From positions 1 to 64,000 of the forward strand of contig CAWEPK010000001.1 in the NCBI GenBank assembly GCA_963810935.1: a DNA stretch of 64,000 nucleotides, in the 5' to 3' direction. The notes below the pieces were generated by a model. The model was not told the DNA's origin. It saw only the letters and a list, made by a program, of their open reading frames with translations, and ran no database searches. The stretch comes from an uncultured delta proteobacterium (GTDB taxonomy: Bacteria > Desulfobacterota > Syntrophorhabdia > Syntrophorhabdales > WCHB1-27). Below, in pieces: positions 8,987 to 17,675 of this stretch. A program made the translations under genes and the position numbers. The first letter of the stretch is position 1; every line of letters starts with the position of its first letter.

Positions 8987-9805
8987 TTAGATATAGGCGT
9001 GGAGGCCGCCGATGAAAAGATTTACCCCGATGAAGGTGACCACGACAGAGACAAAGCCCGCGATCATCATGTATGCCGTCTTCCTCCCCCTCCAGCCGAT
9101 GGCAAGCCGGTTATGGATAAGTATTGCATACATAATCCACGTGATGAGGGACCAGGTCTCTTTGGGGTCCCAGCTCCAGTACGAGCCCCAGGCCATCTCG
9201 GCCCAGATGGCGCCGGTGATGATGCCTATCGTCAGGAACGGAAACCCGTAAGACATGCATTTGTAATTAATCCGGTCGAGCACTTCCAGCGAGGGAAAAC
9301 GGCCCGAGACGTCGCGTATCCGCTTCTTCTTTATGCCCCGCTCGATGAACAGGTAGACAATGGAGACGAGGAACCCGGAAAAGAAGACGGCGTTCCCTAT
9401 GAAGGCGAAGGTTGTATGAATGGGCAGCCAATAGCTCCGCAGGACGGGCGGCAGGGGTCGGATTGCTGCCGGAGCGGCCAGCGCCCCTATTAGCATAAGG
9501 ACCAGGACAGGCGCGAACAGGGCGCCGAGCAACTCGATTTTATAGACGCGCCTCAGGAAGAGGAAAAACCCCGCCATGCAGAGGGTGAAAAAGGAAAGGG
9601 ACTCGTGAAGGCTGGTAATCGGCGTGTAGCCGGCGACGAAGTACCGGAGGACCACGGCGACGAGGTGGACCAAAAAGCCGATGACAAGAAGGTGCCGTCC
9701 CGCTCTCTCAAGCCGGTTGCCGGCTGCCCGGAGCGCGCCGAGGTAGCAGAAGGCGGAAGAAAGATAGAGACCGAGAGCCGCATAGAGCGCCCATATACTG
9801 CTCAT
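8987..9805 (-). CDS. ccsA: System II cytochrome c biogenesis protein, CcsA/ResC family
   Basis: Multi-TM protein with WWD motif WGSYWSWDPKETWSLITW. Confidence 0.92.
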   Translation of the reverse strand: MSSIWALYAALGLYLSSAFCYLGALRAAGNRLERAGRHLLVIGFLVHLVAVVLRYFVAGYTPITSLHESLSFFTLCMAGFFLFLRRVYKIELLGALFAPVLVLMLIGALAAPAAIRPLPPVLRSYWLPIHTTFAFIGNAVFFSGFLVSIVYLFIERGIKKKRIRDVSGRFPSLEVLDRINYKCMSYGFPFLTIGIITGAIWAEMAWGSYWSWDPKETWSLITWIMYAILIHNRLAIGWRGRKTAYMMIAGFVSVVVTFIGVNLFIGGLHAYI

Positions 9806-9896
9806 TCACGCACCCCATTGTTTCCGCCGGCAATCATGAAACGTAATATTATACACGACGTATAAACGAATTGCCATGCGCGGCGGAGGTCGGCCG

Positions 9897-10496
9897 TTAT
9901 TCGTCCGCGCGGCCCGTGATCATCTCTTTGATGTGCGTGAAGGGCGTCTTGCCCATCGTTGCCATGTAGACGTGGACGATGAGGAAGCACATGAAGAGAT
10001 AGGCTGCGCCGCCGTGAATCGAGTCGAGGACCGGAAGGCCCCCGATAAAGTTGATGGCGCGGCGGAAGCGTCCGATATCGCTGAAGAGCACGCCGCTGGC
10101 CGCCATGATAGGCGTAAGGATAAACTGGACGGCGATGTAGGAAAACTTCTGTAGGGGATTGAATTTTTCCCTTGCCGTTGCCGGGAAAGGGGTCTTCTCC
10201 CCTTTAAAGACGCCAAAGGCATAGTAGCGCCCCTGCGGCCACATGGTGCGCACGTCCTTCCCCCGCGGCCTGTAAAACCGGCCCAGGCTTCCATCCACGA
10301 GGGCCGCAACGAGCCAGAAAAGGAACCCAGCGATCATAATGAACCCGAGCACCTTGTGTATCAGCACTGCCTTATCGAACGGAAAAATATGGAGGCCCGA
10401 GACACTGAGCTGCATGCCCGTGAGGAGCAAGAGGAGCACTAGGGCCGCGTTGATCCAGTGCCATATACGGAGCCAGAGGGGATGCAGCGGCCTCAT
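9897..10496 (-). CDS. Di-heme cytochrome b (Ni-hydrogenase/FdnI/PhsC-type b subunit)
   Basis: RIWHWINA, KFNPLQKFSY, IVHVYM; ATG 10496 overlaps the upstream stop (ATGA). Confidence 0.88.
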   Translation of the reverse strand: MRPLHPLWLRIWHWINAALVLLLLLTGMQLSVSGLHIFPFDKAVLIHKVLGFIMIAGFLFWLVAALVDGSLGRFYRPRGKDVRTMWPQGRYYAFGVFKGEKTPFPATAREKFNPLQKFSYIAVQFILTPIMAASGVLFSDIGRFRRAINFIGGLPVLDSIHGGAAYLFMCFLIVHVYMATMGKTPFTHIKEMITGRADE

Positions 10497-12220
10497 TTTC
10501 TCACCACGATGCGCAGGATAATGTGCACGCAGACGCCGGCAAGGACCAGTATGGTCAGCCAGAATCCCGCAAAATCGACCCATTTGAAGCCAATGTCCAG
10601 CCCGCGTGTGAGCGGCCTGAGAAGCAGGAAGCCCAGAAGTTCTTGCGCGCTCAGCCTGTCTTCATTCAAAAGGAAGAAATCGACGGAGCGCGCGATAGGG
10701 TAGGAGGCAAGCAGCGTGCCTTTGACGGGGATATAGCCGGTCCCGGACGCGCCCGGCATCATGAAATACATCGAGCTGTAGAACCCGGCCTTGCGCGAGT
10801 GGCAGGAGACGCAGTGCCTGACTTCGGGCGGCTTTTCCGAATAATCATGGAAAGGCCGTGTCACGCTGATGGACGCGTCGATGGTGACACTCGGGCCCTT
10901 CCGGTTGAGGACGGCGAAAAGCCGGCCAATCTCCTCATCCGTGCTTTCTCTTTTGAGTTGTACGGGGGGCTCGCCCCCGTATAGTCCGGCCAGATCGTTA
11001 TAGTTGAGCCGCGTCTCACCCTGTGCGGTATTACGCGCGAAAAAGAAGACCATGCTTTTTTCGGAGCGCGGGCTGTGGCAGGAAGCGCATTCAAGGTAGT
11101 TGAAGTGGAGGGCGGTGTTCGGGAGCCACGCGTGTTTTTGGAGGTAATCTGTATGGCAACGGGCGCAGATGGCAATGCGTTCCTTTGCCCCGAGTGCTCC
11201 GAACAGTTTTATCTTGTGCGGGTCGTGGCAATCGGTGCAGCGGGCGGCCCCGGCTTTTGCGTGGAGCGAGGCGTTGTAAGTGCGCTCGGCGTCATTGTGG
11301 CACCGGCCGCAGGCAGCGGATGCCGTCCCCTTACCCGTATGGCAGTCTGCGCAGGATACGCCGGCCATCCCGTGCGGTGTTTTTGTATAGTCCTTGAGTG
11401 AAGGCAGCTCGGGCACGAATATGCGGGGGTTTATGGCGAGCCTGAAGGACTGTGGTCCATTGACGATTAGCTTAGCAGACGCGAGACGGCCGCCTGCCGA
11501 ATGGCAGCTTTCACAGGCGGCAGGTGACGGCGTTACCGTGTGCGGGTCGGCGCTCGCGCTGTACGCCCGCTCTATCCTGTATCTCCCCTTGAACGAGCTG
11601 CGAAGCGTTTCTTCGAGGGCGCGCCATTCCGCCTGGTCGACGACCCCGTTGCCGTTTTTGTCGATGGCGGTGGGCGTTATCCCCTTCGCGCCTTCAATGG
11701 AAAGGCGGATTTGCATGCCGGTGCTTTCAGGCTTTGCATGACAGGCGAGGCAGGAGAGCCTGTCTATGTGGTCCGCCCTTGCGGGCAGGCCCTTATGTTG
11801 CACGCCCGCATGACAGGAGGCGCAGGTGCGCCTGTCTTTTTGCGGGTAATGGACGTTATGGCAGTCTTTGCAGGAAAGGCCCTTCTTTTTATGGACGCTC
11901 GCCGCGTATCGGCCGGCAGTCACGTCGTGGCACGTGCGGCAATCCGGCAACGGCAGCTTTTCTTCGTGGGGCAATGCCGTTATCGTAGAGTGGCAATCCG
12001 TGCAACTGACACCCGAGTGGTTGACGTTTTTGTATGTTTCGTGGCATCCAAGGCAGTCCTCCGAGGTGACGGCGGCCGCAGCCCCCGAAGGGAGAAAAAA
12101 CAGAAGCACCGCCAGTAACAGCAGGCAGGCGGCGCTTTTTCCCGGACTTATCTTTTTCAAGGAACCCGTCCAATGCGGCTCGACCGGAAAGCCGTGCCCG
12201 TCGAAGGCAGACGTCGGCAT
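10493..12220 (-). CDS. Periplasmic multiheme cytochrome c, 13 CxxCH motifs, C-terminal TM anchor
   Basis: Signal-like N-terminus, 13 CxxCH counted, C-terminal hydrophobic helix containing His; exact start uncertain. Confidence 0.9.
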   Translation of the reverse strand: MPTSAFDGHGFPVEPHWTGSLKKISPGKSAACLLLLAVLLFFLPSGAAAAVTSEDCLGCHETYKNVNHSGVSCTDCHSTITALPHEEKLPLPDCRTCHDVTAGRYAASVHKKKGLSCKDCHNVHYPQKDRRTCASCHAGVQHKGLPARADHIDRLSCLACHAKPESTGMQIRLSIEGAKGITPTAIDKNGNGVVDQAEWRALEETLRSSFKGRYRIERAYSASADPHTVTPSPAACESCHSAGGRLASAKLIVNGPQSFRLAINPRIFVPELPSLKDYTKTPHGMAGVSCADCHTGKGTASAACGRCHNDAERTYNASLHAKAGAARCTDCHDPHKIKLFGALGAKERIAICARCHTDYLQKHAWLPNTALHFNYLECASCHSPRSEKSMVFFFARNTAQGETRLNYNDLAGLYGGEPPVQLKRESTDEEIGRLFAVLNRKGPSVTIDASISVTRPFHDYSEKPPEVRHCVSCHSRKAGFYSSMYFMMPGASGTGYIPVKGTLLASYPIARSVDFFLLNEDRLSAQELLGFLLLRPLTRGLDIGFKWVDFAGFWLTILVLAGVCVHIILRIVVRK

Positions 12221-12230
12221 CGGCGAAAAG

Positions 12231-12596
12231 CTATCTCTTATGGCATTCCATACATTTAGTCGGCGCTTTCAATCCGTCTTTAGCCATATCTTTATGGCAG
12301 CTTATGCACATATTGTGGAAGGCTTCCTTGGCCGGGATTGCCGCGCCTTTCGGCTCTTTCTCGTGACAGATCGTACAGGCTTTGGGGTCCTTCGCGTCTT
12401 TGTGGTGGCATTTCGCGCAGTCGATGCCGCGCTTCTGGTGGGCCTCATGGGAGAAAGCGACAGGGGGCATCTTGGCCCCTTCAATTTTAATCGTGATCGG
12501 TTCTTTCGGCGCGTCCGCCGCTATGGTGGCCGGGGAGGCGAGGAAGAGCATCAACAGGAAGGAGACGAGCAACATAGCGAGCGAGCCGGCTTTCAT
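12231..12596 (-). CDS. Tetraheme cytochrome c3 (class III)
   Basis: Signal peptide, FSHEAH, CAKCHH, CTICH, CISCH, CMECH; GGAGG SD before ATG 12596. Confidence 0.9.
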   Translation of the reverse strand: MKAGSLAMLLVSFLLMLFLASPATIAADAPKEPITIKIEGAKMPPVAFSHEAHQKRGIDCAKCHHKDAKDPKACTICHEKEPKGAAIPAKEAFHNMCISCHKDMAKDGLKAPTKCMECHKR

Positions 12597-12730
12597 GAAA
12601 GGCACCTCCGCAGGCAGCATTATCATAAATATCCTACGACAGGGCCGGTTAGTCAAGCTGAATGTAATCGAGCGGGAGGAAAGTGTCTTGAAAGACCGTC
12701 CGGTTCTGTCCAGGATGGTGCGAAAACCCG

Positions 12731-12759
12731 TTGACCGGCACAGAGAGTAGTTATAGAAT
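12731..12759 (+). promoter_or_regulatory. sigma70-type promoter for the molybdoenzyme operon
   Basis: TTGACC, 17-nt spacer, TAGAAT. Confidence 0.6.
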
Positions 12760-12816
12760 TCCCTATGCATTGTGCGTGAATGGGGCTTCCGCACAATGCC
12801 TGGAGGGGAGGAAGGC

Positions 12817-15054
12817 ATGAGGCAAACCCGCAGGGAATTTCTAAAAACAGTTGCAGTGGCAGGCTCGTCGGCGGTCCTTCTCGATTGCGGGGGGCTCCTG
12901 CGAAGGGCCTCGGCGGAAGAGCTTGCACAGGCAGAGGCCGAGAAAATGGGCTACACGTACTGTGACGGCTGCAACCATGTCCCTATGTGCGGCATGGTCT
13001 ATTACAGGCGGGGCAACGTCATCACGCGGCTGGAGACGCGGCGCGACCACAACTACCCCAACAATACGATCTGCTCGAAGGGTTATGCGCAGCTCCAGGA
13101 ACAGTACCATCCGGACCGCCTCCGGTACCCGCTGAAGCGGACGAACGCCAAGGGGCGTCCGGCGCGCTGGCAGCGCATCTCATGGGACGAGGCGATAGGG
13201 ACCATAGCGAAGAAGCTCCAGGAGGTAAAGACCAGATTCGGGGCTGACAAGGTCGCTTTCTTTACGGGAGACCCGAAAGAGATGCGTCCGGTCCTGCAGC
13301 GGCTGGCCTATTCTTTCGGCTCGCCCAATTACGGGACGGAAAGCTCTACCTGCTTCCGGTCCGTCTCCCTGGGCAGCCTGCTCCTGTCAGGCCTGCCGAG
13401 GCCGGGCGCAGGCCCGGGCAAGGAGACCAAGAACTGTTTTATCTGGGGCGTGAACCAGTCTTATTCGATGGCGACTGCCATGAAGGGGCTGATCAAAGCA
13501 AAGGGCGAGGGCGTTCGCTTCTTTATAGTCGATCCCCGGCGGACCCCGATGGTGCGCACCCTGGGCGGTTATCACCTGCCTTTGAGGCCCGGTACGGACG
13601 GGGCGCTTGCCCTGGGAATGATGCACGTCGTAATTAAGGAGAACCTATACGATAAGGAATTTGTAGATAAATGGGTGCATGGCTTCGACGAGCTGAAGAC
13701 TTACGTACAGGACTTCCCGCCGGAGAAGACCGCGCAGATAACGGGCGTCCCCGCAGAACGCATAGTAGAGGCGGCCAGGGCGTTTGCCGCCGGTCCCAGC
13801 ACCGTTATGGTGAGCGCGTCGCCCATCGTCCATCACACGAACGGGAACCAGAACATACGGGCGGTCTTTTCGCTTTTCGCGATAACGGGCAATTTCGACA
13901 GGCCGGGTGGCATGATGGTCGCCCCGCCCGCAATCCTGCCGTCCACGACGGACGGCCACCCCGTTTTCTGCCGCCGCTCGGACCTCCTGCCGAAGCTCCA
14001 GCCCCTGCGCGCGGACCGCAGCTATTTTCCCGTCTGGGCGGAGCTTGTCTCCGAGATACAGATGAACAGACTGCCCGAGTACGTAGACCAGGGAAAGATA
14101 AGGGCCATGGTGATATTCGGCGGCAACGCCAAGATGTGGCCCCAGCCGCACCTCTACCAGAAGGCGCTCCGCAGGCTCGATTTTTCCGTCGCAGCCGATT
14201 ATTTCTATCGCCCCTGGACGCACGATTCGGTGGATATGCTTCTGCCGGCAGCCACATGCTTCGAGAGGCTTGCCCCTGCCGCAGTCTTCGGCAGGTCGGT
14301 CTACCAGAGGCAGCCCGTCAAGCCCCTCGGCGAGGCCCGCGAAGACTGGAAGATCATCGTCGATATCGGGACTGCCCTCGGGCTCAAAGAGGAATTCTGT
14401 AACGGGAGCCTGGAAGGGGTCGTCAATGAAGACCTGAAGCCGACGGGCCTTACCGTCGAGCGCCTGAAAAACGCGGACGGCTGCATGGTCGCCTCGCCGC
14501 CTCTGGGTACGCCCAAATCGAAGAAATACGAGCTGGGTATGCTCAGGCCGGACGGGAAGCCGGGCTTCGACACGCCTACGGGCAAAATCGAAGTTTACTC
14601 CACGATCCTGAAGAAGCACGGCATCGACCCACTCCCCACGTACAAGGAACCGCTCGAAAGCCCGGTCTCCGACCCGCGGATGGCGCAGAGGTATCCCCTT
14701 GTCCTTATGACGGGCGCCCGCGTGCCGTTCTACACGCATACCAAGTGGCGCGACGTGCCGTGGGTCAGCGAACTGCAGCCGGAACCGGTCGTCAACCTTA
14801 ATCCGAAGGACGCAAGCGTAAGGGGGATCAAGGAGGGAGACAAGGTCTTTATCGAGAACACGCACGGCCATATCACGGTCCGGGCCCATCTTACGGAGAT
14901 GGTGACTGCCGGCATGGTCGATGTATATCACGGATGGGCCAAGCAGGACGTAAACACGATGCTGACCCGGGATTTCGACCCCATATCAGGGTTTCCCCCG
15001 TACAAGTCGGCGCTCTGCAACGTAAGGAAAGCGCCCGCCGGCGCGGTCATATAG
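12817..15054 (+). CDS. Tat-exported Mo/W-bis-PGD oxidoreductase catalytic subunit (DMSO reductase superfamily), substrate unknown
   Basis: MRQTRREFLK Tat signal, CDGCNHVPMC...CSKG [4Fe-4S], RLRYPLKR, LRPGTDGALALG, C-terminal molydop-binding domain. Confidence 0.92.
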   Translation: MRQTRREFLKTVAVAGSSAVLLDCGGLLRRASAEELAQAEAEKMGYTYCDGCNHVPMCGMVYYRRGNVITRLETRRDHNYPNNTICSKGYAQLQEQYHPDRLRYPLKRTNAKGRPARWQRISWDEAIGTIAKKLQEVKTRFGADKVAFFTGDPKEMRPVLQRLAYSFGSPNYGTESSTCFRSVSLGSLLLSGLPRPGAGPGKETKNCFIWGVNQSYSMATAMKGLIKAKGEGVRFFIVDPRRTPMVRTLGGYHLPLRPGTDGALALGMMHVVIKENLYDKEFVDKWVHGFDELKTYVQDFPPEKTAQITGVPAERIVEAARAFAAGPSTVMVSASPIVHHTNGNQNIRAVFSLFAITGNFDRPGGMMVAPPAILPSTTDGHPVFCRRSDLLPKLQPLRADRSYFPVWAELVSEIQMNRLPEYVDQGKIRAMVIFGGNAKMWPQPHLYQKALRRLDFSVAADYFYRPWTHDSVDMLLPAATCFERLAPAAVFGRSVYQRQPVKPLGEAREDWKIIVDIGTALGLKEEFCNGSLEGVVNEDLKPTGLTVERLKNADGCMVASPPLGTPKSKKYELGMLRPDGKPGFDTPTGKIEVYSTILKKHGIDPLPTYKEPLESPVSDPRMAQRYPLVLMTGARVPFYTHTKWRDVPWVSELQPEPVVNLNPKDASVRGIKEGDKVFIENTHGHITVRAHLTEMVTAGMVDVYHGWAKQDVNTMLTRDFDPISGFPPYKSALCNVRKAPAGAVI

Positions 15055-15067
15055 GGAGGAATGAGTT

Positions 15068-15655
15068 ATGGCCAGATACGCCATGGTGATAGTTAACAAC
15101 CTTTGTACGGGGTGCCAGACGTGCTCGGTAGCCTGCAAGATGGAGAACCTCACACTTCCCGGCTGCGCGCGCACGCGCATCACCGAGCGCGCAGACACCG
15201 CGTGGGACGTGGCGGTCTGCATGCAGTGCGAGGACCCGCCGTGCGTCGGGGCCTGCCCCGTCAAGGCCACGTCCAAAAATGATAAAGGCGTTATCATCGT
15301 AGAGCAGGATGCATGCATCGGCTGCGGAAAGTGCGTCGAGGCATGCCCCTACGACGCAAGGCGGCTCAACCCGGAAAAGCTCTATTTCAGCGAGCCCCTT
15401 CCGTATGAAGAGATGGCGAAGAAGGCGGGTGAGGCCAACCGGCGCCACGTTGCCGGAAAGGCGGACAAGTGCGACTGGTGCCTCCACCGCATCATTCGGA
15501 ACATGCCGCCCATGTGCGTGGAGGCGTGCACGACCGGCGCCAGGGTTTTCGGCGACAGGGACAACCCGGGCTCCCAGGTCGCCCGGCTGATAAAGGATGG
15601 CGCAAAGCCGGCCAGGCCCGAGCTTGGCACGCGGCCTTCCGTCTTCTACCTGTGA
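15068..15655 (+). CDS. 4x[4Fe-4S] electron-transfer subunit (DmsB/PsrB-like)
   Basis: CTGCQTCSVAC, CMQCEDPPCVGACP, CIGCGKCVEACP, KCDWC...CVEAC. Confidence 0.92.
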   Translation: MARYAMVIVNNLCTGCQTCSVACKMENLTLPGCARTRITERADTAWDVAVCMQCEDPPCVGACPVKATSKNDKGVIIVEQDACIGCGKCVEACPYDARRLNPEKLYFSEPLPYEEMAKKAGEANRRHVAGKADKCDWCLHRIIRNMPPMCVEACTTGARVFGDRDNPGSQVARLIKDGAKPARPELGTRPSVFYL

Positions 15656-15658
15656 ATT

Positions 15659-16321
15659 ATGACTGGAGCTTCGCCGGACCCCCTCGTCGTTTCTTCGGCC
15701 CTGTATTGGTCCCTTGCAGCGGTGCTTGCGGACACGCCGACGAGAGAATCGATCAATCGACTTCGCGCCAAGCTAACCGCCCTTCACGAGACGCGGGATA
15801 TCTGGCAGGAACCGGAAGTCTGGGAAGCGGTCCGCAATGTGCTCGATTCCGTCAAGGGTGTGCGGATCGCGCGCCTCGCTGCCGATTACGCGGGCCTTTT
15901 TCTCGGAGGACGGGACGAGTCCGTCTGCCCAACGGAGTCGTGCTACGCAGACGGCAGCCTTTACGGTCCGGCCACGCTTGCCGTTACAAGGGCCTATGCG
16001 GCTAAAGGGTTTATGAAGGACCCCGCCTTCGGCGAGCCGGATGACCACATAGCCGTCGAGCTCCTCTTCAGGGCCGTTTGCGGCGCAGACCTTGCCGCGA
16101 AGCTTACAGCCGAGGGCGCACAGGCCCAACCCCGCCCGGATGATGCGCAGGATTGCCTCGATTTCGTCTCCCGCCATCTGCTCGGATGGGTGCCGCTTCT
16201 CTGCGAAAGGGTGGCTGCTGCGGGGCAAACTGCCTTTTACAAGGCGCTCCTTGCGCTCGTGCGCGACCTGATCAGGGCGGACGCGCGCCTGCTTGCGGCC
16301 TTTGTACATCCGCCCTTGTAG
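15659..16321 (+). CDS. TorD/DmsD-family redox enzyme maturation chaperone
   Basis: YAGLFLG, PTESCY, EPDDHIAVEL, HLLGW. Confidence 0.88.
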   Translation: MTGASPDPLVVSSALYWSLAAVLADTPTRESINRLRAKLTALHETRDIWQEPEVWEAVRNVLDSVKGVRIARLAADYAGLFLGGRDESVCPTESCYADGSLYGPATLAVTRAYAAKGFMKDPAFGEPDDHIAVELLFRAVCGADLAAKLTAEGAQAQPRPDDAQDCLDFVSRHLLGWVPLLCERVAAAGQTAFYKALLALVRDLIRADARLLAAFVHPPL

Positions 16322-16348
16322 AATCTCTTGTCGGTCGTTCCCTTTCGC

Positions 16349-16939
16349 CTAAGGAGCGTGCGGGATTTCCTCTCCCGTCGCATGGCGTGTTGCAATGCCG
16401 AGCATTACCAGAGACCAGCCGTTAAAGATCATCTCGATCCCTATAAAGAGGCCGATCACCCAGAACCCGGTCGCAGGCCAGCCGGCCCAGAGGAAGATGC
16501 CGAGCAGGAAAGCGATTATTCCGCTCACAAGGACGGACAACCTGTTCGAGAACGGCACTGTGACGGACGCCACTATCCTGAATATGCCGGCGATGAGAAA
16601 GAAAGCGGTCAAAAGCAGTGTAACGCCCATCTCTGCGGCAACCGGGTTAGTGATGACCATTATCCCCACCACAACGTACAGGGTGGCGAAAAGCAGGTGC
16701 GTCAGTATTCGTCGCCGCTCGTAGGAGAACGCATGGATCCCGTGCGCTATGCCGCCTATGACGAGGAACCAGCCGAGGAAAACCATAGACACGAGGGTGA
16801 CCGCCGCTGAGATGCTGACGGCTATTGCGCCCAGCGCTATCAGGAGGACCCCCAGGATTACGGCAAGCGTCCAATGGCCGTGGAACTCAGTGGTGTCCGT
16901 CCGGACTGTTTTGTCGGTATCGTCTCTTTCCAGTCTCAT
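16349..16939 (-). CDS. HdeD/DUF308 family membrane protein
   Basis: About six TM segments; GLFIGIEMIFNGW. Confidence 0.85.
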   Translation of the reverse strand: MRLERDDTDKTVRTDTTEFHGHWTLAVILGVLLIALGAIAVSISAAVTLVSMVFLGWFLVIGGIAHGIHAFSYERRRILTHLLFATLYVVVGIMVITNPVAAEMGVTLLLTAFFLIAGIFRIVASVTVPFSNRLSVLVSGIIAFLLGIFLWAGWPATGFWVIGLFIGIEMIFNGWSLVMLGIATRHATGEEIPHAP

Positions 16940-17054
16940 TCCTGCCTCCTTACTGCTTGATTATAGGAAGTTTAATCATGGGCCGGGAAAGTTCAACCGA
17001 ACCGGACGGCAGGTACGGGCAATGCAGGGGAGACGGGGGTGGGAAAAGACGGAG

Positions 17055-17675
17055 TTAGAGGAACTTCTTCTTCATTTCCGCAAGGCCCATGCGCGCGAGG
17101 GCGCGGAGGTCGGCGCGGGCGACGCGGGCCATGATCCGCTTTCTCTCACCGGCATTTTTCACGTTTGCCAGCAGGTAGCGCCTGAACGCGCCTATGCGCC
17201 TTGCGCAGGCGGCATGTTCGGCCGTCAGGGACCGCTCGATTTCCTGCCTCAGCTTTTTCGACAGCATGGGCAGGACGCCTGATGTCGAGATGGCAACGGC
17301 GATCGGTCCCCTATGAATCGCGGACGGGACGATGAAATCACAGAGGTCGGGTCTGTCTGCCGCATTCATAAATATGGCCCGCCGCTTCGCCTCCGCCCTC
17401 ACCCGCCGGGTTATTTCGTCTTTGCCCGTGGCAGCGAATACAAGGCTGGCCCCTTCTAGGTCCCCATCCCGGTATTCTCTCTGGGCAATCTCTATTTTCC
17501 CTTCAGCCGCAAGCTGTGCCAGGCCTTTCGTTGTCGCGGGGCTGACGAGCCTCACGTGCGCCCTTGCCGCGATAAGCGTGCGCACCTTGCGGCCGGCGAC
17601 GGCCCCGCCTCCGACCACGATGCAGAGCTTTCCCTGAAGGTCGAGAAAAAGGGGATAAAAAACGGGCGCTTTCAT
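17055..17675 (-). CDS. Precorrin-2 dehydrogenase / sirohydrochlorin ferrochelatase (CysG N-terminal type)
   Basis: YPLFLDL, VVGGGAVAGRK, CDFIVPS, AISTSG; ATG 17675 overlaps the glgX stop. Confidence 0.9.
   Translation of the reverse strand: MKAPVFYPLFLDLQGKLCIVVGGGAVAGRKVRTLIAARAHVRLVSPATTKGLAQLAAEGKIEIAQREYRDGDLEGASLVFAATGKDEITRRVRAEAKRRAIFMNAADRPDLCDFIVPSAIHRGPIAVAISTSGVLPMLSKKLRQEIERSLTAEHAACARRIGAFRRYLLANVKNAGERKRIMARVARADLRALARMGLAEMKKKFL

Noticed and set aside
12817..15054. Specific call as formate dehydrogenase, nitrate reductase or acetylene hydratase
   Set aside because: Diagnostic active-site motifs were not recognised (no FDH C/U-H motif; Asn rather than Asp after the second cluster Cys). 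Phylogeny is needed.
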